Assembly (NCBI GenBank): GCA_963809845.1 | Contig: CAWELO010000001.1 | Coordinates: forward strand, 461,742-525,741 | Source of the DNA: an uncultured Verrucomicrobiae bacterium | GTDB lineage: Bacteria; Verrucomicrobiota; Verrucomicrobiia; Limisphaerales; UBA8199 | Direction of reading: 5' to 3' | Length of the DNA stretch: 64,000 nt | Part shown: piece by piece, positions 8,779-17,378 of the stretch | How positions within the stretch are numbered: position 1 is the stretch's first letter | Layout of the letters: each line of letters begins with the position of its first letter | Notes under the pieces: generated by a model | The model's database searches: none | What the model saw: the letters and a program-made list of their open reading frames with translations, nothing else | Told to the model about the DNA's origin: nothing | Position numbers and translations under genes: made by a program

Positions 8779-9990
8779 TCACTTCGGTTTTCCCAAGAGC
8801 CCGGAAAGCTTCTCATTGGCCTTTTCCAGTTGGGCCGTGTCGTCCGGTTTGGTCACGGGTTGGGAGATGGGTTCAGGCGATGCGTTCGCTTTGGTCAGGG
8901 CATCCAGCTTGCCCTGGTCGATCGTTTCGGCGGGCTTGGCTTCCGCGGTGGGAGCAGGCTGGGAAGGCTGGGAGAGGGTGAGGCGTTCGAGGATCTTATC
9001 TCCGGCCTTTTCCTCGCCGTCCCCGCGCAAATAGGCGGCCACGCGGGCGCCGGAAGTGGCGCCGGATGTTTCCGCGGCGGCGCGGCGGGCAGTCTGAACC
9101 ACCTGCAGGAAATAGCTTTCCAGGTTTTGGGTGGGCGTGTCCACGCGCACCTTTTCGTCGGCCACATCCCGGCGGATGAGCTCCAGCACTTTTTCCATGG
9201 TCGCCCGCGGCAGGGCGGGCGTGGTGATGCGGATGGCATCCGGGGTGGCCAGGAGATCCTTGAGCGAGCCCATGGCCTGAATTCTGCCGCCATAATAGAT
9301 CACGACGCGGTCGCAAACGTCCTCGACGTCGGCCAGGAGGTGGCTGCTCAAAATCACGGTCTTGCCGCGCCGCGCCAGCGCCTTGATCAAATCCTTCACT
9401 TCCTTGCAACCGATGGGGTCCAGTCCGGAGGTCGGTTCATCGAGGATGACCAGCGCCGGATCGTTGATGAGCGCTTGCGCCAGGCCGATGCGCCGCTGCA
9501 TGCCCTTCGAGAATTCCCCCACCGCGCGCAGGTGGGCCTGGCTGAGGCCCACCATTTCGAGCAGTTGCTCGGTTCGCTCGCGGCGCTTCTCTTTGGGCAA
9601 CTCGAAGAGATTGCCGAAAAATTCCAGCGTTTCGTGCGAATTCAAATAGCGGTAAAGATAGGATTCCTCGGGCAGATACCCGATGAGTGACTTGGTCGCG
9701 ACATGCCGGGGGGAATGGCCGAACACCTCGATGTGGCCCTTGGTGGGGTGCAACAGGCCGAGCATTAGCTTGACGGTGGTGGATTTGCCCGAACCGTTGG
9801 GGCCGAGCAACCCAAAGACTTCGCCGCGCTTCACATCGAAATCGACACTGTCCACCGCGCGCGCCTTGGGCCGTCCCCAGAAGTCCTTGAAGACCTTGGT
9901 CAGACCGCGCACGGAGACCACGACTTCTCCGTTGGCATCGGCTGCGGTGCGAGGGGACGGTGGAGCAAGCTGGCTGGGGGCGGTCGGCAT
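8779..9990 (-). CDS. ABC transporter ATP-binding protein
   Basis: GPNGSGKS, FSKGMQRR, ILDEPT, SSH; low-complexity C-terminal tail. Confidence 0.95.
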   Translation of the reverse strand: MPTAPSQLAPPSPRTAADANGEVVVSVRGLTKVFKDFWGRPKARAVDSVDFDVKRGEVFGLLGPNGSGKSTTVKLMLGLLHPTKGHIEVFGHSPRHVATKSLIGYLPEESYLYRYLNSHETLEFFGNLFELPKEKRRERTEQLLEMVGLSQAHLRAVGEFSKGMQRRIGLAQALINDPALVILDEPTSGLDPIGCKEVKDLIKALARRGKTVILSSHLLADVEDVCDRVVIYYGGRIQAMGSLKDLLATPDAIRITTPALPRATMEKVLELIRRDVADEKVRVDTPTQNLESYFLQVVQTARRAAAETSGATSGARVAAYLRGDGEEKAGDKILERLTLSQPSQPAPTAEAKPAETIDQGKLDALTKANASPEPISQPVTKPDDTAQLEKANEKLSGLLGKPK

Positions 9991-10019
9991 GATATTTGAA
10001 GGCGCGTGGTAGCTTCCCT

Positions 10020-12053
10020 TTAAGCCGGCTTGGGCTCGAGCTCCGGTTTGGGCGCGGGCGGCCGGGGTGCGGGCCGGGTGGGCTTGGGCGGAGCGGGTTC
10101 GGGTTGATAATGTTCGAGCTCCTCGCCTTTGCGCACGAGGCGGGCGCTGTTGAAGACCACAATGAGCGAGCCGGCGGTGTGCATGGCGGCGGCGAGCACC
10201 GGCGGCACCTTTCCCAGGGCGGCGAGGGTCATGCCGCCAATGATAAAGGCGAGGCCGAAAAGAAAGTTCTGGTTGATGATGGAGCGGGTGCTGCGGGAGA
10301 GTTGCACCAGGAAGGGCAGCCGGCGCAGGTCGTTATTCATCAGGGCGATGGTGGCGCTGTGGATGGCCACTTCGCTTCCGGCCGCTCCCATGGCGATGCC
10401 GATATCCCCCGCCGCCAGCGCCGGGGCGTCATTGACGCCATCCCCGACCACCGCCACGCAATAGCCTTTGGCTTTGACCTGGCGGACAAACTCGACCTTG
10501 TTCTGCGGCAGGCACTCGCCCTTGGCTTCCTCACAGCCAATCTCGTGGGCCACACGCGTGGCAACCGCCTGGCGATCACCCGAAACCATCGAGATGCGCC
10601 GCACACCGCTGAGCTTGAGCTCGGACAGGGATTCGCGCGCCTCGGCTCGAGTCTGGTCCTGCAAACCGACCCACCCGATGCAATGTCCATCCCGCGCGGC
10701 AAAGATCAGGCTCCAACCCTCGGTCTCATTCAGGTCCACGGATTTCAGGAAGTCATCCTTCACCCCATTGTCCTTGAGCCATTGCGCGCGGCCCACCAGT
10801 ACCAGGTGCCCATCCACCCGGGCCTGAATCCCACGGCCGGCCGACTCCGCAAAGTCCTTGGGCTCGCTGACCGGGACCCCGGCTTCTTTGGCAAGCTGCG
10901 CCAGCGCCTTGGCAGTGGGATGATTGCTATATTTTTCAGCCGACGCGGCCAGGCGGAGCAGTTCTGCCGGCTTGGTCTCGCCCAGGGGCGCCAGGCGGCT
11001 CACCGCCAGTTCACCGGTCGTCAGCGTGCCCGTCTTGTCAAAAATGAAGGCGTTAATTTTCGCCGCCAATTCGATGTCTGCGACATTCTTGATGAGAATA
11101 CCCAGGCGCGCCGCCGCGGACAGCGCGGCCACCATGGCGGTGGGGGTGGCGAGGATGAAGGCGCAGGGGCAGCTAAAAATGATGACCGAAATCACATTGT
11201 CCAGCTTGCGGGTGAAAGCCCAGACCAGCGCCGCGATGACCAGCACCAGGGGGGTGTAAAAGCCCATGTACTGATCGACAATCTTCATGATGGGCAGCTT
11301 GGTCTTTTCCGCGGCCAGAATCAGTTCCCGCACCCGCCCGAGGGTGGTATCCTGGCCGGCGCGGCTCACCTTAATCTCCAACACGCCGGTCAAATTCTGC
11401 GTTCCGGCGAAGACCTCGTCTCCCGGCTTTTTATCCACCGGCAGCGACTCGCCGGTGATGGTGGATTGGTTGAACGACCCTTGGCCGGTGAGGATGAGGC
11501 CGTCCGCAGCCACGTTGTCGCCGGGGCGAACGCGGATCCGGTCGCCGACCGCCAGGCTGCTGGCGGGCACTTCTTCCTCGCCTTGGGCCGTGACGCGGCG
11601 GGCCTTGGTCGGCGTGAGTTTGATGAGCGATTCGATCGAGGCCCGGGCGCCCTCGGCGGTGCGGGTTTCGATGATTTCACCCATGACCATGAAGAAGGCC
11701 ACCACGCCGGCGGTCTTGTAATCGCCCGAAGCAAAGGCGGCCAGAACGGCAATCGCGACCAACTCGTTAATGCTCAGGATCCCGCTGTAAATGTCCTTCA
11801 TCGCGGTTCGCACGATGGGGTAACCAAGGGTGATGGCGCCGAGGAACGCGCTGGCGCTGGCCACGTTATGGCCTTCCTGGAAAACCCAGTCCACGACGAA
11901 GGCGTTAATCACAAAGACAACGCCGATGAGCGTCTGCCAAAGCTGGACGGGCGTGTGTTCGTGGTCGTGACCACAGGCCGCGCACAAGGCGTCGGGTTCA
12001 TGGTCATGCTCGTGGTCGTGTTCGTGCCGGCTGAGTAAAGAGGTCACTTGCAT
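10020..12053 (-). CDS. Heavy-metal-translocating P1B-type ATPase
   Basis: His-rich N-terminus with CAACGH; TGES, SCPC, DKTGT, HP and GDGVND motifs. Start placed at ATG 12053 (MQVTSLL). Confidence 0.93.
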   Translation of the reverse strand: MQVTSLLSRHEHDHEHDHEPDALCAACGHDHEHTPVQLWQTLIGVVFVINAFVVDWVFQEGHNVASASAFLGAITLGYPIVRTAMKDIYSGILSINELVAIAVLAAFASGDYKTAGVVAFFMVMGEIIETRTAEGARASIESLIKLTPTKARRVTAQGEEEVPASSLAVGDRIRVRPGDNVAADGLILTGQGSFNQSTITGESLPVDKKPGDEVFAGTQNLTGVLEIKVSRAGQDTTLGRVRELILAAEKTKLPIMKIVDQYMGFYTPLVLVIAALVWAFTRKLDNVISVIIFSCPCAFILATPTAMVAALSAAARLGILIKNVADIELAAKINAFIFDKTGTLTTGELAVSRLAPLGETKPAELLRLAASAEKYSNHPTAKALAQLAKEAGVPVSEPKDFAESAGRGIQARVDGHLVLVGRAQWLKDNGVKDDFLKSVDLNETEGWSLIFAARDGHCIGWVGLQDQTRAEARESLSELKLSGVRRISMVSGDRQAVATRVAHEIGCEEAKGECLPQNKVEFVRQVKAKGYCVAVVGDGVNDAPALAAGDIGIAMGAAGSEVAIHSATIALMNNDLRRLPFLVQLSRSTRSIINQNFLFGLAFIIGGMTLAALGKVPPVLAAAMHTAGSLIVVFNSARLVRKGEELEHYQPEPAPPKPTRPAPRPPAPKPELEPKPA

Positions 12054-12154
12054 ACGATCAAACTCCCGAGTTCCCAGGTCCAGGTTGACACTTCCGAGCC
12101 CCAAAGGGAGTTGCGGGCGCCCGTTCTCCGTAAGTGGGCCATGGGTTTTGAAGC

Positions 12155-13243
12155 CTACTGTTGCTGCTTGGTCGGTTCACGATTCAACAATAACCTGAGT
12201 TGCATTTTTTTGCCATTGGCGGGTTCGGTGAGGAAGATCTTATCCTGCACGTTCGTCAGCACGCGGCTAAGGGTTTCGTTCAGGCGTTGCTGGGCGAACA
12301 GAATCGGGTTGGCGCGGTATTTCGGCAGGATGTCGTTGAAGCGGTCGGCCTGGCTCTGGAAATAACTCACCATGAGCGCGCGGTCGGTTTCGGCGGCGTT
12401 GATGTGCGACTGGGCGTCAGCGCTGGCGCGGTTCGTCACGTTGTTTTCGTAAATGACGGCTTCGCGCAGGACCTTGTCCCGGTTCACCTCGGATCGGAGC
12501 ACGCCGGCGAAAGCCTCCTGCAATTGCCGCGGAGGGCGGCTCTCGACCTGGCAATCCTCCACCACGATGCCGAGGTTTTCCCGCTCGACCAAGGCGGCGA
12601 TCCGCCTTTGCACGGCAACCTTGAAGCCGCTCACGTCCCGCGTCAGGATGTCATCGACCTTGAACTGCGCCGCGGCGAAGAGCAGCGCGTTATCGAGGGC
12701 GTTCACGACGGCATTGGATGCGCTGGCAAAATTGAACACATAGCCCACCGGGTCGGAGATATGGTAGGTCAGCGTCGCGCGCGTATGAATGATGTTGTCG
12801 TCCGCCGTCATCGCATAGCTATCGACCTCCGGGTCCAGCGGCGTCCCCACAGGCAGGGGCGAACGGTCCTCTCCGGAGATCTCCTGGCCTGGGGTGACCG
12901 CAAACCAGCCCACGGTGGATTTGACCTGCTGAATGGACGTGATCGGGACCTTGATGTATTCATCGATCGGATACGGCAGGGAGTAATGGAGCCCCGGCCC
13001 CAGCAGCGCTTTTTCGCCCTCGCCCACGGGCTTGCCCAGGCGGATGATGATGGCCCGCTCCTGCGGTCCGACGGTGAAGAAGCCGGAGGCGAGAAAGAGG
13101 CCCACCAGCAGGAGCATGACGAATTTGATGATGCTAAAGCTGCTGCGCAGCGCTTCCGCCAGCGCCTGCGAGCCGGCATCGATCGGCACCTCCGGTGCGC
13201 GCGCCTCGTCTTCGTGATAGGGTTGCTCAGGTTGCTCGGCCAT
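12155..13243 (-). CDS. hflK: SPFH-domain protein, HflK-like
   Basis: One TM then GFFTVGPQERAIIIRLGK...PGLHYSLPYPID (SPFH) and a coiled-coil with AEx repeats. Confidence 0.85.
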   Translation of the reverse strand: MAEQPEQPYHEDEARAPEVPIDAGSQALAEALRSSFSIIKFVMLLLVGLFLASGFFTVGPQERAIIIRLGKPVGEGEKALLGPGLHYSLPYPIDEYIKVPITSIQQVKSTVGWFAVTPGQEISGEDRSPLPVGTPLDPEVDSYAMTADDNIIHTRATLTYHISDPVGYVFNFASASNAVVNALDNALLFAAAQFKVDDILTRDVSGFKVAVQRRIAALVERENLGIVVEDCQVESRPPRQLQEAFAGVLRSEVNRDKVLREAVIYENNVTNRASADAQSHINAAETDRALMVSYFQSQADRFNDILPKYRANPILFAQQRLNETLSRVLTNVQDKIFLTEPANGKKMQLRLLLNREPTKQQQ

Positions 13244-13248
13244 ACGCT

Positions 13249-14157
13249 CTATTTGAAAAGGTTGGTCGAAACACCTTGAAACAGGTCGAAGGGAGGGGTG
13301 TGCTGATCGAAAATCAGCGTCGACCGCTCCTTCAGCGAACCTTCCAAGGCCGTGAGCCGGAAGATGAAACTGGCCAACTCGGGATTTTGTTGAAAGACAC
13401 TCAACGACTTGGCCGCCTCGGCCTCGCCTTTGCCGCGAATTTGCGTGGCTTGGCCGTCGGCGCTGGCCAGAAGCTGCGCGGCCTTGGTATCGGCCTCCGA
13501 GCGGATCTTTTGCGCCTCGGCGTCGCCCTCGGCCTGCGATTTATCCGCGAGCACCTTGCGTTCGGACTGCATGCGCTCGAAGACCTGCTGCGTCACATTT
13601 TCAGGCAGCCCCATTTTTTTAATGCCCAGAAATCGAATCTTCAGGCCATAGTTATTGGCCTCGACCTGCGCTTCGATGATGTCCTGAATTTGCTTTTCGA
13701 TCTCGGCGAACTTGTTGCCTTCGCCGATCGGCGCCAGAAAGTCCGCCAGCGGGTGTTTGCCGATCACCGACAACTTGGCGTTGCCCAACATGCGGTCCAT
13801 CACTTTTTCGGCCTCGGGGATCGGGTCGGAGCTGCCGGCGAAGCGCGGGAAAAACGCTTTGGGGTCGGTGATTTGCCAGCCGACATAAACCGAGGTGAGC
13901 AGGTTGAAGCTGTCGGCGGTGAGACCCTCGGTGAACCGGTCTTCAAAGTTCTGGACGCGCTGGTCGAAACGGTGGACGTTTTCAATCGGCCAGGGCAGCC
14001 GCCAGTGGGGGCCCGGTTCACTGACGTCGCGGGTGGGTTTGCCGAAGGTGGTGACCACCACCACTTCGGATTTGCGCACCTGGAAGACAAAGAGCAACAG
14101 GCACACAATGAAGATCAACAAGGCGCCGACGGTAATGGCGAGGAGATTGCGTTTCAT
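13249..14157 (-). CDS. hflC: SPFH-domain protein, HflC-like
   Basis: One TM, FQVRKSEVVVVTTFGKP...PGPHWRLPWPI, VFERMQSER...AEGDAEAQKIRSEAD. Confidence 0.9.
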   Translation of the reverse strand: MKRNLLAITVGALLIFIVCLLLFVFQVRKSEVVVVTTFGKPTRDVSEPGPHWRLPWPIENVHRFDQRVQNFEDRFTEGLTADSFNLLTSVYVGWQITDPKAFFPRFAGSSDPIPEAEKVMDRMLGNAKLSVIGKHPLADFLAPIGEGNKFAEIEKQIQDIIEAQVEANNYGLKIRFLGIKKMGLPENVTQQVFERMQSERKVLADKSQAEGDAEAQKIRSEADTKAAQLLASADGQATQIRGKGEAEAAKSLSVFQQNPELASFIFRLTALEGSLKERSTLIFDQHTPPFDLFQGVSTNLFK

Positions 14158-14164
14158 GACAAAT

Positions 14165-16045
14165 TTACTTGGTTTGCGGAGTGGGAACCTTCAACTGCAG
14201 CAGATCGCGCGCAATGGAATCCTGCAGATCGAAGGTGACCACGTCCTCGGTATTGGTCGTGAGCAGGATGTACTTGCGGGCGTTGGCGGTGGAGCGGGCG
14301 AAGGTCTGGAGGTAGGCGCGTTCCGCATAGACCGACGGGGCGGCTTCGAACGCTGGGATTTGATTGGTGAACAGGGCCGCCTGCGCCAGCGCGGCAATCT
14401 CCCGTGACGTCCGGTCCGCCTCGGCGCGGTTGATAATCGTGGCCGCCTGGGCGCCGGATAAGGCATTGGTGCTGATTTGGTAAGCGACGGCGGCCAGAAT
14501 CTTCGCCCGTTTGGCCTGCAAGGCCCCCACCACCTTTTCGTAATCGGCAGCGACTTTAACAGGCGGATGGAGGTCTTCGAGGCCGCAGGAGATGATCCGG
14601 GCGCCCAGCCGGCGTTCATCGACGGCGGCTTGAATCCGGTCGGTCAGGGCCTGGGAGGCTTCGAGCCGGCCTTTGGTGAGCAACTGGTTCACGTCCGCGC
14701 CGGCCAGGTAGCGGACGATTTCGCGCGTGGCCAGGTCCTGCAGGAGCGAGGGCGCATCCTCATTCGTGTAGGCCCAGGCTTGGAGGTCGATGATTTGGTA
14801 CTGAATCGGAATGCTCCCGGTTAGCAGACTGACCGGCGGTGTGCGTTTGCCCGCCAGGTCATTGGTGACGCTCAGCGAGACGGGCTCGCGGTCCGCGATC
14901 AGAAAGTTTTCCTCTTTGGTGTGGGCTTTTGCCCAGAGCACCACATGCTTTTCCTCCGCCGGGGTTCCCGGCACAACACCGACCTCAAAGCTTTGGATTT
15001 GCTCGGTCCGGGAGCGATAGACCTTGTCGATGGGCCAGGGCCACTTAAAGTGCGCCCCGGGGCCCAGGACGATTCGGCCGCCCACCGGACGCCCGAAACG
15101 TTCCAGCAGGGCTTGCTCGCCAGGCTCGATGACCACCATGCAGGTGGACAGCAGCAGCAGGATCACTTGCAGCGGCAGGAGCCACAGTACGGCCCGCTCG
15201 AAGAACTGATAAAACCAGGTCTCAGAAACCTTGAAACCAAATTGATAATCGATCGCCTGGGCCGCGGTGGTAATCAGCCCTTCCGGCTGGCCCAGCAGGC
15301 CCACCAGCCGGCTTTCGTAAATCGGCCGCTCGACTTTGCCTTTAACGCGGGGCCGGTAGATTTCGAGCACGAGGGCAATGAGCGTCTCGCTCGCCACGAG
15401 CGCCAGCACCAGGCAGAAGGCGTGCGCGATGTAAAAGTCCGCCTTGGGAAAACCCGCTTGCACGGCCACAATCCCGCCGCCGACCGTGGCGCAGAGGACG
15501 GCGTTGAGCAGCAAATAGTTCGCGCCCGGACGGAGCAGGCGCTGGTTTTCCAGCCGGGCGAAGGTGGCGGAAAAGCGGCCGAGGAGGAAGAGCAGGAGCG
15601 CGAACAGGAAGAATAGAAACATCCCGGACATGGGCTCCTTAACCTCGAACTGAGTGGTGCTGGCCGAGAGCCATTTCCAAAGGAAATACGCTCCACCACC
15701 CTCCATCAGGCACATCAGCACGGTCAGCACCGGCAGGAAAAAGCGCTCGAATTGCTCCCGCGCCCGCCGTGCCGGCAGCACCTCCGCCTCTTTGGTCTCG
15801 AACAGGGCGGACTCTCCGTGAGCCCGGGCAAGTTCATCCAATTCCAGCTTCTCGAGGCGCTCGCTGTCTTCCAAGCGCAGTTGGAACCAGCCGGCCGCCG
15901 CCACCAAAATGCCCAGGCCGGCGAACATCACACTGACCATCCCGGCCAGGGAGTTGGTGTAGCGCGAGACGATGAAGGCCGCGACACCTACGGTCAGCAG
16001 CATCAGCAGATTGACCGCTCCGTTCTTTTGCAGGTTACGTTCCAT
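14165..16045 (-). CDS. HflK-like SPFH protein fused to a multi-pass membrane domain
   Basis: About 7 hydrophobic segments, then VVIEPGEQALLERFGRP...GPGAHFKWPWPID. Start placed at ATG 16045 (MERNLQK). Confidence 0.85.
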   Translation of the reverse strand: MERNLQKNGAVNLLMLLTVGVAAFIVSRYTNSLAGMVSVMFAGLGILVAAAGWFQLRLEDSERLEKLELDELARAHGESALFETKEAEVLPARRAREQFERFFLPVLTVLMCLMEGGGAYFLWKWLSASTTQFEVKEPMSGMFLFFLFALLLFLLGRFSATFARLENQRLLRPGANYLLLNAVLCATVGGGIVAVQAGFPKADFYIAHAFCLVLALVASETLIALVLEIYRPRVKGKVERPIYESRLVGLLGQPEGLITTAAQAIDYQFGFKVSETWFYQFFERAVLWLLPLQVILLLLSTCMVVIEPGEQALLERFGRPVGGRIVLGPGAHFKWPWPIDKVYRSRTEQIQSFEVGVVPGTPAEEKHVVLWAKAHTKEENFLIADREPVSLSVTNDLAGKRTPPVSLLTGSIPIQYQIIDLQAWAYTNEDAPSLLQDLATREIVRYLAGADVNQLLTKGRLEASQALTDRIQAAVDERRLGARIISCGLEDLHPPVKVAADYEKVVGALQAKRAKILAAVAYQISTNALSGAQAATIINRAEADRTSREIAALAQAALFTNQIPAFEAAPSVYAERAYLQTFARSTANARKYILLTTNTEDVVTFDLQDSIARDLLQLKVPTPQTK

Positions 16046-16050
16046 GTGAA

Positions 16051-17193
16051 TCAGCTCAATTCCCGGTCCTCGAACAGCACCACGGCGATCGCCAGGATGG
16101 CCCCGACGTAGCACACGACATAGGCGAAGGCCTTCGCCACGTAGCCCCAGTGAAAGGTCGTTTTTCCTGAGTTCAAGGCATCTGCCAGCCAAAAAAGCTG
16201 CCAGTTGGGGGTCACGGTGTAAAGCACGGAGGCCCACCAGGCGCCCCCCATGCCCGCCCGAGCCATGCGCGCTTTATCCTCGGTGGTGATGTGTTGCCGT
16301 TCCGCGAAGTCCAGCGCGCCGTTGCGGTCCTGGTCGTATTTCTGGACGATCTGGCGCAACAGTTCTTTTTGGCTCTCTGACCAGCGCGAGCTGGACATTT
16401 CCTGTTCCAGCTCATACTTCCAAACCGGATCGGCGCGCCGGCCCAGAAGGTAATCCGACATGATACCGAGAAGAAAAAAAGCGGAGCAAACCGCCAGCGT
16501 GGGAACCACATCCAGGCGGGTCGAGCATACCAGCGCCAGTCCGGCCAGGATCCAGACCGCGAATAACACGAGCACCGCCGCCGGGAGGAGCCGCCAATCC
16601 ACGCCATGGGCGAAGGCCTGCGGTTTGACTTCCTTGGTGTAGAAATTGATCACCACGAAGGCGAGCGTCACCATGAGGGTAAGGCAAAACACCGCGTCGG
16701 AGACGAACGGGCGGCGAAGGAAAAAGTTGCTGAAGCCGCCCAGCAAATAAGCCAGCAGGATGGCCAGCGCAAAGACGCCGATGGCAAACAAATCAGCCGA
16801 ACCATAAGCATCAAACGCCATGCGGCTGTCCAGCAACACGGCCAGCAGATTCACGTACGTCAGCAACGTCAGCGCCGCCAGCACACCCGCGTACTTGGCC
16901 AGGAGAAATTGCGCCCGGCCCACCGGCTTGGCCAGCACCGCCAGCGCCGTGCCAGTGCGAATCTCCCGTGCCAGCGAAGCCGATGCGGTCAATACCGCCC
17001 CCAGCAACCCCGCCAGCAACATCAGCGCCAAGCTGCTGTTCTTCACCAGCTTCGGTTCGTCGCCAAAGGCAAAGTAATAGGGCGTCGCCAGGAAGATCTC
17101 GAAGGCCGCCGAACTGGTCATCAGCAGCAAAAAGACCGGCTGCCGTACCAGCTCCATGAATGCGTTGGTCGAAATAGTCAGGAACTGTCGCAT
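16051..17193 (-). CDS. ABC-2 type permease with EF-hand insertion
   Basis: LAKPVGRAQFLLAKYAG permease motif; DQDRNGALDFAE EF-hand loop. Confidence 0.85.
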   Translation of the reverse strand: MRQFLTISTNAFMELVRQPVFLLLMTSSAAFEIFLATPYYFAFGDEPKLVKNSSLALMLLAGLLGAVLTASASLAREIRTGTALAVLAKPVGRAQFLLAKYAGVLAALTLLTYVNLLAVLLDSRMAFDAYGSADLFAIGVFALAILLAYLLGGFSNFFLRRPFVSDAVFCLTLMVTLAFVVINFYTKEVKPQAFAHGVDWRLLPAAVLVLFAVWILAGLALVCSTRLDVVPTLAVCSAFFLLGIMSDYLLGRRADPVWKYELEQEMSSSRWSESQKELLRQIVQKYDQDRNGALDFAERQHITTEDKARMARAGMGGAWWASVLYTVTPNWQLFWLADALNSGKTTFHWGYVAKAFAYVVCYVGAILAIAVVLFEDRELS

Positions 17194-17378
17194 CGAGCTA
17201 ATCCGTCAAGCTTGACAGGGTAGGAATTGCGCCGCGGAATGCAATCCGATAATCATTGGCACACATTATGCCTGGGTGTACGCCGCTCGGAACTGTGCGT
17301 TTGACCGCACACCGAGCGGCAGATTCCGTTTGAGAAACCCCACGGGATTTGTAAGCTGCCAGATGGGAAAGACTGCGG

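Noticed and set aside
5258-12038. Long plus-strand ORFs (5258-7237, 9996-12038 and others)
   Set aside because: Antisense shadows of well-supported minus-strand genes, expected in high-GC DNA.
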